Source: Malacoraja senta (Eukaryota). From it: a stretch of 64,000 nt of DNA. Location: the NCBI GenBank assembly GCA_038087875.1, contig CM075988.1, forward strand, positions 20,462,001-20,526,000. Direction: 5' to 3'. Both the position numbers and the translations under genes were made by a program. This document shows, piece by piece, positions 13,090-25,139 of this stretch (positions are counted from its first letter, which is position 1; each line of letters opens with the position of its first letter). The notes under the pieces are model-generated. The model had not been told where the DNA came from. It saw only the letters and a list, made by a program, of their open reading frames with translations, and did not search any database.

Positions 13090-13307
13090 CGAAGTTTTGC
13101 TGGCAGCCAGGGAGGTGTTGACGTTTCCCCGGGTAATTTAATCCCAACACCCAAAGCAGTAATTATCTGTCATTGATCGCATTTGTCATGCACAGCGGCA
13201 GCCCTGTTTTGTATATCACACCAATGACTACACTTCAAAACTTCTTCATTGGTTGTAAAATGCTGCGGGACGTCCTCAGGTCAAGGGGAAATACAGGCTT
13301 TCTTTTC
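13090..13307 (+). mobile_element. Ancient Deu-domain SINE (SacSINE1/AmnSINE1-like) 3' part
   Basis: TGACTACACTTCAAAA.TTCTTCATTGGTTGTAAA..GGGACGTCCT.AGGTC matches the Deu domain plus L2-type tail as I recall it. Confidence 0.7.
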
Positions 13308-16300
13308 TGGTTAGATCATCTAAAAGATCACAATGGAAATTTTTAAAGAAATTGTTCGGAAGCGAAAGGACTTCATGTTTGTATTTCCCTTTTAGCCTTT
13401 AGCACCAAGGTGAATCCCCCATGTATTCCCATCACTCCTCTCCTCATTTACTTTCTCCTGTCCTTCACCTTACCACCTTCCCCCTTGTTCTTCCCATGTC
13501 TCTCTTCTTTCTCTCAAACTTAAGTCTCGTTTCGGCGTCACTCTTCCCACTGTCAACAATGGTCATTGACTGAGACGTCAACTCTGATTCTTTCTTCGCA
13601 GATGCTGCCTGACCCCCCTGATCAATTTGACCACTCTATGTTTCATTTTTAATGAAGCTTTTATGACGACGCTGGACTGAAATTTGAAGTGATAAACAGG
13701 ACTCCACATCCATGGATGCCAGTGAGAGAGAAAGCAGTTTCCTACATTGGCTTTTATTGCAAGAGATTCAAGAGTAATCATTGTCATAAGTACTGACAAT
13801 GTTTCAATTAAATTCTGACTTGCAGTACCCAACAGGTCCATAAATGCAATAGATAATATAATAATAAAAATTATAATTAATTAATGACCATGATTCTAGG
13901 TAGCCATAATTGTGTAAAACAGTGGTATAGGACTTTTGGATAGGCATATGATATGCAGGTAATGGAGGGATATGGATTATATGCAGGTAGATAAGAGGTG
14001 GTCTTGACATGATGTTTGGCACAGGCATTGTGAACCGAAGGGCCTGTTCTTGTGCTGTACTGTTGTATATTCTAACTGGTCCATAATGCAACCAATGACA
14101 GTCCATAGAAGTTCAAGGTTGCTGAGGTTAGTGTTATGCAGTATTCAAGATTTGCCTGTTGGTTGTTGGGAAGAAGCAACAACCGTAGTTGAGATGGAAA
14201 GCACAAACGATCCCATAAAATGCGAAAAGATAAAGGAAATAGTCGAAAAGGGATTCATTTCGAGTTTTGGCGGTCAACGCGCTGTTTGGAAAACTCTTTG
14301 CTTGGTTTCCAAGGTAACATGCATCCAGTTGTCCCCATGGTGACGGGTTACAGAATGAAGTAATGAATGAATCTAGAATGAAGCAGTGAATCTTTTGGCC
14401 CAGTGATTTCAAGTACCGAAAAAATTAAGGATCAGAGCTAAGGAATCTCATTTCCGAGATTCACCAATTATGAGAGAATATTTTGTTGTTTTTTTAGGCC
14501 GATTACAATAGAAATTTATTGAAACAATATTCCATTTTAAAGTGACAGCGAGTTTGATGTGCAACTGAAGCACATTGCAGAAACATCAGCTGTCAGTAGT
14601 GAGGAGCGAGTGTATTGGGAGGCTCTTAAAGCGGATCAGATATCTGCAGCCTTGGCGTTGAAATGCTTCAGGCACAGCGACCACATGGAGGTGGAGAGAT
14701 GCTGAGTCATGGCTTCCACATGCGAGGTTCTGCTCTTCCTGTAGATCCACCTCAGGATCCAGCAGAGTGGCTCCAGAATGATTCCATTACTTCACACGGA
14801 GCCTTCAATCGTTGGCATTGTGCCAGCGCAAAGCATTTCACCGGCCGTTAGCTGGAGCAGCAAGGCTGATTTCAGCCTGAATGAATGAAGCGCCCTCCCC
14901 AAGCACTAATGAAGTGTTGGGAAGGAGTTATTTTGACATCAGGTTGATGAACAGTAGCTCCTCTTTTCACGAGGTTCATTACAGCTTTCCAAACCTAAAT
15001 AAATTAAATAATTTCAGATCATGACTCTTCTACCACTGACTCCTAATGATAGCTTTCAGTCACACTGAATTCCATTCACTCAACACTCACCAATATACTT
15101 GGGAAAAGATTTGATTTTAAAGTTCTCAACTTAATTTGTAAATCACTCCATGCACTGATCCACTGATTAAAAGCTATATTTTCAATTTTTAGTGTATAAT
15201 TCTTTATTATTTTAATAATATGTTTAGCGGTGACGTTATATTTTTTATACAGAAGGGGGGTACATTGATGGAAAAAAATTGTTGAGAAATGTAGCTTAAA
15301 TTTGAATGGATGGACATACTGACACCTTATACTCTACAAAAGCACAGGTACTGGTGCTGATTGTCAATGCAACGTGCTATCATCTGACTTCAATGGCTAT
15401 TCACTGTTGACATCTTTGGCTTGTATTAAACATCATTTCTGAATCCTGACTTGTTGATAACATTACTCGTCACCTGGAAAGAAACACTTCATGGTTTATT
15501 TTTCGATTCTTGGCAGCAAAATGGAACCCAATTAGTAGAAGATCCGAATCAAAACATTCTGAGCTGAGAACTGACCTTTGTCAGACACAAAGGCAGCATC
15601 TGTGGAGAACACGGACCAATGACGTTTCGGGACCCTTCTTCAGACTGATTGTGCTGAGGGAATAAAGCTGGAAGAGAGATGGTGGCAGGACAACCATGGC
15701 TGGCGAGTGATAGGTGGATGCAGCTAAGGGTGATGTTCGGCAGATGGTGAGACAAAGGTCAGAGGTGAAAAGGCAAAATGTGTGAGATACGGATAGAAGG
15801 GGTAAAAATTGTGAAGCCAGAGAAAGGGATAGATGTGGAAGGAAATGGGGAGAGGGGGAAAAGGAGGTTAAAATGCCTTCAGTCTGAAGAAGGGTTTCAA
15901 CCGAAAATGTCACTTACCCATGTTCTACCGAGGTGCTGCCTGAGCCACTGAGTTCCTCCAGCACTTTATAAAACAGGAATTCCTTATTCCTTATGGGTCC
16001 CTGCAGTTCCTTCTGGCTCCTTGCAGTTCTTTGAGCCTCCAATCGACCTTTGTGGATTGACATACTTGATGTGACTATGTGATAGTTCCTTGCTGTTTTA
16101 GCACAACTCTATGTACCATTTTTTAATTAGTTTACATCAGTAAAAATATCAGGCAGGAGACATTAACCTATGGCTTAGTTTAGTGAAAGTCAATACTGAG
16201 CTAAGGCATGAAATGAGTAATTTAAGCTTAAATTTTAATCAATTCGGAAAAAATGTCAGTTAAACTAAACAGTAAAACAGTAACTCACTCAATTAGTATT

Positions 16301-16406
16301 CAAGCTGGCTTAAAAATAAATCGAATTGTTCAAGCTTATTTTTTCTTAATGGCATAGCCTTGGGAGTCATTATAATACCTCGTGGAGTTATTTGATGAGA
16401 TGACAA

Positions 16407-16712
16407 ATTTAGTTTAGAGATACAGTGCAGAAACGGGCCCCTTGGCCCCACCGAACCCGCGCCAGCCAGCGATCGTCGTACACTAGCGCTATCCTACACA
16501 CTCGGGACAATTGACTATTTTTACAGATGCCAATTAATCTACAAACCGGTCGCCTTTGGAGTGTGGGAGGAAAACCGGAGCACCCGGAGAAAAGTCACAC
16601 AGTCACAGGGGGAACGTACAAAAAACTGTACTGACAGCACCCGTAGTCAGGATCAAACCCGGATCTATGATGCTGTGAGGCAGCAGCTCCACCGTTGCAA
16701 ACTGTGCAACCC
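16407..16712 (-). mobile_element. HE1-like V-SINE
   Basis: Same consensus as 4696-4993, reversed. Confidence 0.85.
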
Positions 16713-16987
16713 CTGGCATTGCTGAGAGACATTGCTGAGAGGCAAGAGTAGGAGGATGATTCAATGTTTAGTATTCCTCTGTGTTCATCTTTCAAGAATC
16801 AAGGCTTTAATTGTCATATGTACTGACAATCGAACGATGAAATCTTACTTGCTGCACCATAACAGTTCCGTAAAAAGCATTAACACACAGATATATATTG
16901 ATAATATAAATTGCCTTGTCATCATGGTCGGCATGTAGTGGGTCTCAGTGGGTTCTTGTGTTGTGCTGTTCTATGTTCCAATAATAG

Positions 16988-17527
16988 GAACATAGAAACA
17001 TAGAAACATAGAAAAATAGGTGCAGGAGTAGGCCATTCGGCCCTTCGAGCCTGCACCGTTCAATATGATCATGGCTGATCATCCAACTCAGTATCCTGTA
17101 CCTGCTTTCTCTTCCATACCCCCCTGATCCCTTTAGCCACAAGGGCCACATCTAACTCCCTCTTAAATATAGCCAATGAACTGGCCTCAACTACCTTCTG
17201 TGTTCCAGAGATTTCCAGAGATTCACCACTCTCTGTGTGAAAAATGTTTTTCTCATCTCGGTCCTAAAGGATTTCCCCTTAATCCTTAAACTGTGACCCC
17301 TTGTCCCTGGACTTCCCCAACATCGGGAACAATCTTCCTTCATCTAGCCTGTCCAACCCCTTAAGAATGTTGTAAGTTTCTATAAGATCCCCCCTCAATC
17401 TTCTAAATTCTAGCGAGTACAAGCCGAGTCTATCCAGTCTTTCTTCATATGAAAGTCCTGACATCCCAGGAATCAATCTGGTGAACCTTCTCTGTACTCC
17501 CTCTATGGCAAGAATGTCTTTCATCAG
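16988..17527 (-). mobile_element. Young CR1 LINE, 5'-truncated; same family as 53546-57388
   Basis: KDILAIEGVQRRFTRLIPGMSGLSYEERLDRLGLYSLEFRR; (GAAACATA)n tail. Confidence 0.95.
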
Positions 17528-18119
17528 AAAATCAATAGAGTAATAACCTTAACACTAGTTCAAAAACTAGTTCAAAATAATCAAAGACAGTCCATTGAAG
17601 TTCATAGTTGCTGAAGAAAATGTTGTCTAACACAAGACCAAAGTTTTTATTTCAGTGAAGATGTTTTTAAATGCAAAGATGCAAAATCAGCTTACGGTTT
17701 ATATTCCGTACCAGGCCTTTGTTCATTTTAGTTTAGTTTAGTTTAGAGATATAGTGCGGAAACAGGCCCTTCGGCCCACCGGGACAGCGCCGACCAGCGA
17801 TCCCCACACATTAACACCCATGTTGGCTTCTGTAGTTGCTTGCAATAGCAGGTATCGTTGATTGGAAAGAATCATTTAATGATTTTGCAGCCTCTTTCTG
17901 CTGGACTAATTGGATGGTTTTCTGTGGTATGAAGATCAGCCATCAATTTCCTTTAACAACCAAGTTGACTGTGTTCATCAAATTACCAGATACGTTGGGA
18001 TGGATTTTACATTTGATTTCCCTTGGGCCCAGCAATGCATACATGCCCATTTCCACCATTATCCTCGGGAATCATTACCTTGAGTTTTGATGGATTTAGC
18101 TATAACACCATCGCAGTTT

Positions 18120-19060
18120 TGTTTATTGTTATTTGCACAAATAAGGTGATGTATGGGTACAAATGAAAATTTTACTTGCGGAAGCATCACAGGCATAGAG
18201 ACTCAGAGAAATATGCAAAGACATAAATTATACATAAATTCTGCAGGACAGTGAAAAGCAAGAGAAAACCAGACATTAATGCAAAACACACAATTAGAAA
18301 CTGATCCATGGTAGTGCAAAAGGCAGTCTGTAGTCTTCTGTTGTCGAGACAGGATTAGGGTTGTGTGGATTGGTTCAAGACCTAACGGTTGTGGCTGTTC
18401 CTGAACCTGGTGATGTGGGACTTCAGGGTTCCGTATCTCTTGCCTGATGGTAGTAGTGAGAAGAGAGCATGGTGGTGGGGTGGATTGATGCTGCCTTTTT
18501 GAGGCAGCGCCTCACGTAGATGCAGTTGATGGTGGGGTGGATGATGGACCAGGCTGAGTCCACCACTCGCTGCAGCCACTTGTATTCCTGTGTGGTGAAA
18601 TTGCCATATCAGTCCAAGGTGCAGCCACTAATGGGGCTGTCCCACTGTACGAGTTCATTCAAGAGTTCTCCCGAGTTTTGCCCTGATTCAAGCTCGGAGA
18701 TTTACGGTAATGGCCGCTCGGAGGTACTCGGGGCTCTCGTGGACATTTTTCAACATGTTGAAAAATCTTCACGAGTCTTCACGAGCTTACCGCGTTTCCC
18801 GAGTACCTGCCGTTAGCGTTACGAGTCGCTAAGAGACGTCCCGAGCTCCGTCGTACCCGGTACGTACATTCTACGTGCTTCCACGAGTTTGATTTTTTTT
18901 TTAAAACTCTGGAGAGCTCTTGAATGAGTTCGTACAGTGGGACAGGGCCATTAGGATACTTTCTACAGTTCATCTGAAGAAGTTTTTTTGGGAATATTTG
19001 GTGCCGAATCTCTTTAAACGGTGAAGAAAGAAAAGATATTGATGCCCTGACTTCATGAGT
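18120..19060 (-). mobile_element. Rex-Babar LINE 3' fragment interrupted by a MITE
   Basis: HALFSLLPSGKRYGTLKSHITRFRNS motif. Confidence 0.75.
18632..18950. mobile_element. Harbinger-type MITE, ~330-bp family
   Basis: TIR CTGTCCCACTGTACGA; flanked by TAA / TTA; body homologous to 6827-7156. Confidence 0.9.
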
Positions 19061-21064
19061 GTTTGCTTCACTTACACTGCTGAGTTACACCAGGATTTGC
19101 AAACATTCCCAGTCCAGTACAAAAGAATTGAAACACTAAGAACTGAAACACTACGGACACATTCCCCTTCCCTCCATCCTACTCATTTCCATTTCTCTTA
19201 GGCAATATGACAAGAGATCTGAGATGGGTAGAATGCAAGGACTTTCCCCAGTGTCTGCCCTCAGATGTAACACATTCCGGCTGGTAACAGTAGGAAGCTT
19301 TGGTAGCTATGGGCCAAGTGGCGTTTAGTGGATCCGTGGCAGAGGAAGAGAGGAGTCAAAAGGAGCAATGAGCAACAGCCTGGCAGGGAATATAAATTGT
19401 AAGCAGATTTTGAGAAACATCTTTGCATTTAAAACATCATCACGATTATAACAAATTAGATTGCATGTCTGGCAAGCACATAGTCTAGCATAAAACAAAC
19501 TGCTGGAGGAACTCAGCAGGTCAGGCAGCATCTGGGGAGGGAAATGGACAGACAATGATTCGGGTCAGGTCTTAAGAAGGGTTAGAGTCATAGTGTCATA
19601 GAGTCATGCAGCCTGGAAACAGCCACAACTTGCCTATACCAAGCAACATGCCCCATTGACAGTAATCCCACCTGCCTACATATCCCTCTATACCTATCCT
19701 ATCCATGTACCTGTTTAAGCATTTCTTAAATGTTGCAATAGTATCTGCCTCAACAACCTCCTCCAGCAGCTCATTCTGTACATCCACCACACTTTGTGTA
19801 AAAAATTTACCCCTCAGTTTCCTATTAAATATTTCCCCCTTAACATTAAATCTATGTTCTGTTCCAAAACATTGTCCATCTTTTTCCCCAACCACAGTTG
19901 CAGCCTGACCTGTTGAGTTCCTCCAACAGTCTGTTTAATGCTCCAGATTCCAGTATCCACATTCTCTTGTCTACACAGACTAGCATGCTCCCTCAAGTAT
20001 AAAAGCTCTTTGTAACACTCAATGATAATGCTGTACATATTGTAAAATGTACGTTGCTGCTATCTTTATTCCATTATAATTCATTTTGAGATGGTCAGCA
20101 TTTAAGCATCATTCTGCGCTTTAAGCAACACTAACGAATTTGTATTTTGCGAGAAGAATGCCAAATCTGAAGAAAGATTCAAACGGCAGATTACTGTGCA
20201 ATTCAATTAGGCATTTGTAGTGATTTGATCAGTGTCGTGGATGGGGAGGAAATGTTGACATTTGGGCATAAATGGCTGGTGGCAGAGGGCTGAATATTGA
20301 GAAGCTTTGTGTCTGAGCAGGGAGATGGTTGCCTGGGCTGAGCCCAATAACTGGTCCACATTCCACAGCGTTCCAGAGACTGGGAAACATGGAACTGCCA
20401 GCATAGGATAATGAGTGAACATACGCTATACATAGACGCAAAATGCTGGAGAAACTCAGCGAGACAGGCAGCATCTCTGGAGGGAAGGAATGGGTGATAT
20501 TTTGGGTCGAGACCCTTCTTCAGACTGCTATACAATCCAAGTCTAGCTCTATGCAAAGTGCAATGTCACTTCTGCAGTCGAATGAACAGTGTAAGTTGTC
20601 AAACATTGTATAAATATTCATTGATTTTGATATGGTGACGTTAAACTTATTTAAAATTATAGTAAAATTAGTGTACGTTTTCCAACATCTCATATTTCGC
20701 TTGGGGAACTTACAACCCTTATGGTATGAGTATTGATTTCTCTAACTTCAAGTAACCCTCTCTCTCCGTTCCTCCCCCACCCCTTATCGTCATACTAGTT
20801 TCACTGTCGTCCTGCTGTTCCACTGTTCGTATTACCCGTTATCACCTTCCCCATATCCAACAATGGACCATTGTGGGCTCCACCTTTCCATGATCATCGT
20901 TGCTGGCTATGGTCTGTCTATTTGCATATATTTCATCAATTTGTTCCATGTACCTTTACATATCTCTCAGTTCCCTCTCCCCTGAGGGTCTCGACCCAAA
21001 ATGTCACCTATTCCTTTACTCCAGAGATGCTGCCTGACCTGCTGAGTTGCTAAATATCTAAATA

Positions 21065-22000
21065 ACATAGACCCAGTACAACACAGGAACAGGCCCTTCA
21101 GCTCACGATGTTCGTGCCGAATGTGATGCCAAGTTAAACTAATCTCCTCCAGTCTGCACGTGATCTATATCCCTCCACTACCTGCATATCCACATGCTGA
21201 TCTAAAGGCTTTTTAAATACCAATATCATCTCTGCCACCACCACCCTTGGCAGTATGTTCCAGGCACCCACCATTCTCAGTGTAAAAAAATCTTGCCCCG
21301 CATATCTCCTTAAACTTTGCATTTCTCATGTAAAACTATACCCTCTAGTATTTGATATTTCCACCCTAGGAAACAGGTTCTTACTGTCTACTCTACCCTT
21401 TGCTCTCATAGTGTTATATACTTCTAAGTTTAGGTATAGATTTAGGTTTAGGTTTATTATCGTCACGTGTACCGAGATACATTGTTTTACATGTTACAGA
21501 CAATAGGCAATAGGTGCAGGAGTAGACCATTGGGCCCTTCGAGCCAGCACCGCCATTCAACGTGATCATGGCTGATCATCCACAATCCAAACAGATCAGG
21601 TGTACCATATATAGTTACAATCAGTTCTAACTCAAATACAATAGATGGAGCAAAGTGAAGATGCAAAGTGTAGAATATAGTTCTCAGCATTGTAACGTAT
21701 CCGTTTCGTAGACAAAGTCCAATGTCCTTTATTAGGTTTCCCTGTAACCTCTGGCATTCCAGAGAAAATAATCCATGTCTGTCCAAATTCTCCTTATGGT
21801 TAATTCTGATGCAGATAGAATTCTAATAAACATCTTCTGCACCCTCCTCAAAGCCTTTACATCCTTCCTGTAATGGCGGTGACCCACAAAGTACTGATGT
21901 TTTTTTTGCATCTGCAACATGACTTCCTGATTCTTATACTCAATGGGCTAACCATTGACTGCAAGTATGCCACATATCTTCTTTACCACTCTATCTATTT
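21065..22000 (-). mobile_element. Old CR1 3' region with nested Rex-type and CR1-tail insertions
   Basis: FFTLRMVGAWN and RKDVKAL.RVQK remnants; interrupted at ~21426-21730. Confidence 0.7.
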
Positions 22001-22309
22001 GTTTAGTTTAGTTTAGTGATACAGCGTGGAAACAGGCCCTTTGACCCACTGGGTCCCACGCCGACTAGCGATCCCCGCACATTAACACTATACCCACTAG
22101 GGACATTTTTTTTACATTTAGCAAGCCAATTAACCAACAAATCTGTATGTCTTTGGAGTGTGGGAAGAAACCGAAGATCTCGGAGAAAACCCACGCAGGT
22201 CACGGGGAGAACGTACAAACTCCGTACAGACAGCACCCATAGTCGGGATCGAACTCGGGTCTCCGGCACTGCATTCACTGTAAGGCAGCAACTCTACCGC
22301 TGGGGCCAC
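22001..22309 (-). mobile_element. HE1-like V-SINE
   Basis: Complete head, core and (CTAAA)n tail. Confidence 0.9.
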
Positions 22310-22599
22310 TGAACGGCTGTACCACCATGTGTTTGCTACTTTTATGCACCCCAGGAGGTAGACAAAAGTGCTGGAGAAACTCAGCGGGTGCAGCAGCATC
22401 TATGGAGCGAAGGAAATAGGCAACGTTTCGGGCCAAAAACCCTTCTTCAGACTCCTCCAGCACTTTTGTCTACCTTCGATTTTCCAGCATCTGCAGTTCC
22501 TTCTTAAACTCTTATGCACCCCAGGATCCTGCTGTGCATCTATACTGTTAATCCCAACCTGAAGACTCCAAATATTTTTTTACCACTGAGGTGAGACTC

Positions 22600-23090
22600 A
22601 CCACTCCATAATTTAGTGGATTATCCCTGTTTCCCTTCTTAAAGAAAGGGCCAACATTAGCTACTGTGCCGTCCTCTGGGACCTTGCTTGTGGCTAAAGA
22701 AGACACAAACATTTTGTCAAGGCCGCATCAATCTCCTCTCCTGCCCCGTCTATATCCCAACACAGATTCCACCAGGCCCTGGGGACATCCATCTTAATGG
22801 TTTTCAAGAGCCCCAACATCACCTTCTTCTTGATCTCAAAATGCCCTAACATTAACACTACACTGATCTCACTGTCCTCCAATTCCTTCTCCTTGGTGAA
22901 TACTGATGCAAAGTCCTCATCTTTTATCTCGCCAATATCCTCTGATTCCAAGCAAAAATTCCCTTCTTTACCCTACCCCCCTCCCTAGTTAGTCTCTTGT
23001 TTTTAACGTACTTGTAAAAAGCCTTGGGACTCGCTTTAATCCTACTTGCCAGAGACCCTCCTAATTCCCTGCTTGAGTTCTTTCCTGCAA
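22600..23090 (-). mobile_element. CR1 ORF2 internal fragment (pre-RT region)
   Basis: FASVFTKEK...LLKTIK remnants, homologous to YFGSVFTKED of the 53-57 kb copy. Confidence 0.7.
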
Positions 23091-23404
23091 CATTTTGTCT
23101 GAAAACAGTTTTTTTTTATCTTTCATGCTTAAATGCAACTTTGGCAGACACTGAATTTTGACTTTCTTGGATTACAGACACGTGCATATCTTGATTAATA
23201 GATTCAGGGACAAATGGAAGCAAGGCAGTTTATGAGGAGGTGCAGGTTGTTGAACAACTACACAGCTGTTTTCATAAACAGTTACTGCGTGAGCTTTCTT
23301 GGAGATCAGTGGAGCTGAACTGAGCCGGTTCAAGAGTAGGGAAGGTTTAATTATCATATGTACAACAATAAAACAATTCAATTCTTACATGCAACAATCA
23401 ATAC

Positions 23405-23743
23405 AATAGTAAGATTAAACGAGAACTTACCAGTTTGAAGTTTGATCTGTATTTTATGAGGAGTTACGATGAGGGATTACGTGAAGACCCCGTTCAGCAC
23501 GCATGCGCGACATTCTTCAAAGCAGCGGTGTGGAATCACAGGAAACACAATAATTGAAATAAACATAGTAAAGAAAAGGAGAACTGAGATACCTGTTGAT
23601 CTATATATTTGAGGGTGGGGAGCGGAGGGCACGTAATCCCTCATCGTAACTCCTCATAAAATACAGATCAAACTTCAAACTGGTAAGTTCTCGTTTAATC
23701 TTACTATTTTACTTCGGAGTCACGTGAGTGACTACGTGAAGAC
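23405..23743. repeat. DIRS right terminal sequence and internal complementary region (ICR)
   Basis: Perfect 79-bp inverted repeat 23405-23483 / 23630-23708, checked base by base; 23709-23743 is the putative left-end half of the ICR. Confidence 0.9.
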
Positions 23744-23899
23744 TTCAAAGCTCTGTGATTTCAAACCGTGTAACAGTTCATACTTCACTCGCTGCCGAAG
23801 TCATTCAAGGGAGGAAGTATGTTATCGTAATCAACCATAATCTGTTTGTAAACAATAATGGTATCTATTAAACAATAACAAAAGACAAAATGCTCCCCC

Positions 23900-24760
23900 G
23901 GGCTTAAATCAGTATCTACTCCAGCAGCTCCCAGTGCCTGCTTGAGCCATCTCGAGATGGTTTGGCTCGACACCCAACCATGAGGTTTCTTGTGGCTGAC
24001 CCATAAGGCTTTTTTTATTTATTTATTTATTTATTTATTTATATATTTTTAATTTTTTTTTCCTTCTCCCTCGAGAATCTCTTGTTGTGTTGATGTAAGT
24101 GAATAAGTGAGTCATGACACACAACCGTAGGTCAGGTGGGTATGCCCGGAAATCCATAACTAGGACTCAAGTTCCTGGCTTGCTCTGCTTTAGCAGCTCC
24201 TGAATGGTGAATGAGACCTGGTCTGGTGTTATAACCATGTTGTCCAGTCGCAGTAAGTGGAGGGGACTGGACTCTATGTGCTGAGACTAGTGGCATCAGC
24301 ATGACCGTTTTGCAGGGTTAGCTTTTCCAGGGGTGAGAGACCTGGCTGGGGACCATCCCCTTAGGTATGTCAGGACCACACTGACATCCCAGATTTGTGT
24401 ATACCTAGGTCTAAGAGGGTTGGAGTTGACGATACTCCTCATGAGTTTGATCACCAGCGGGTGAGACCCTATGGCCTGTTGTCCTGGCACCTGTTTTAAG
24501 TAGGCTGACAGCGCACGTCTGGCAGTATTGATGGCGCTGTAGCTCAATCCTTCATTATGGTGAAGGCCCCCCAGGAACTCCAGTACATTGGTTATGGTTG
24601 CAGATGAGTACGTTGTCCCAGTAGTCGAGCAGTATCTTTCCCACTTCCTGATGCTCGATAGGTATTGTTTCCTGGTGGACATACGGTGTCATCATGTTGA
24701 TGGTCCTGTCAGACAATCCCAGTCCCAGCAGTGGTCTTTTGATAATCTGCAACCCAGTAG
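23900..24760 (-). pseudogene. DIRS tyrosine recombinase, frameshifted, C-terminal catalytic segment missing
   Basis: STRKQY..W..YC..GLSYSAINTARRALS..HPLV..PRYTQIWDVSVVL and SSQTISRWLKQAL..AGVDT. Confidence 0.85.
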
Positions 24761-24789
24761 GTTAATTTTGGCATGGCATGGATGACTTA

Positions 24790-25110
24790 TGCCTGATACA
24801 GGGTGCGTCAATAGGTCTGGGCTACTGGGAAAGGTCATAGGAGTTTCGATGACCATGTCGAGGACCACTGGGAATCATGGCTGTGTAGGCCAGTTGGTAC
24901 TATCAAAATACCTGAAGCAGAGTCCATCTGTATTTTGCGTAGTACCCTACAGATTAAGGCAGAAGGGGAAAAAGCATAGAAGAAATCTGTCCCCCAGTTC
25001 AGCGCGAATGCATCTATCGCTGCTGCCTCAGGGTGTGGTTCCCAAGGGACATACATTGGTACGTGGTGATTTAGTCTGGATGCAAAGAGATCGATATCTG
25101 GTGTGCCATA
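24790..25110 (-). pseudogene. DIRS N6-adenine-methyltransferase-like domain
   Basis: PDIDLFASRLN (DLFA within 25081-25101), YVPWEP.P.A.A.DAF..NW, FYAFSP. Confidence 0.8.
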
Positions 25111-25139
25111 TTGGTTTGTAATTTTAGCAAAGCTCTAGG

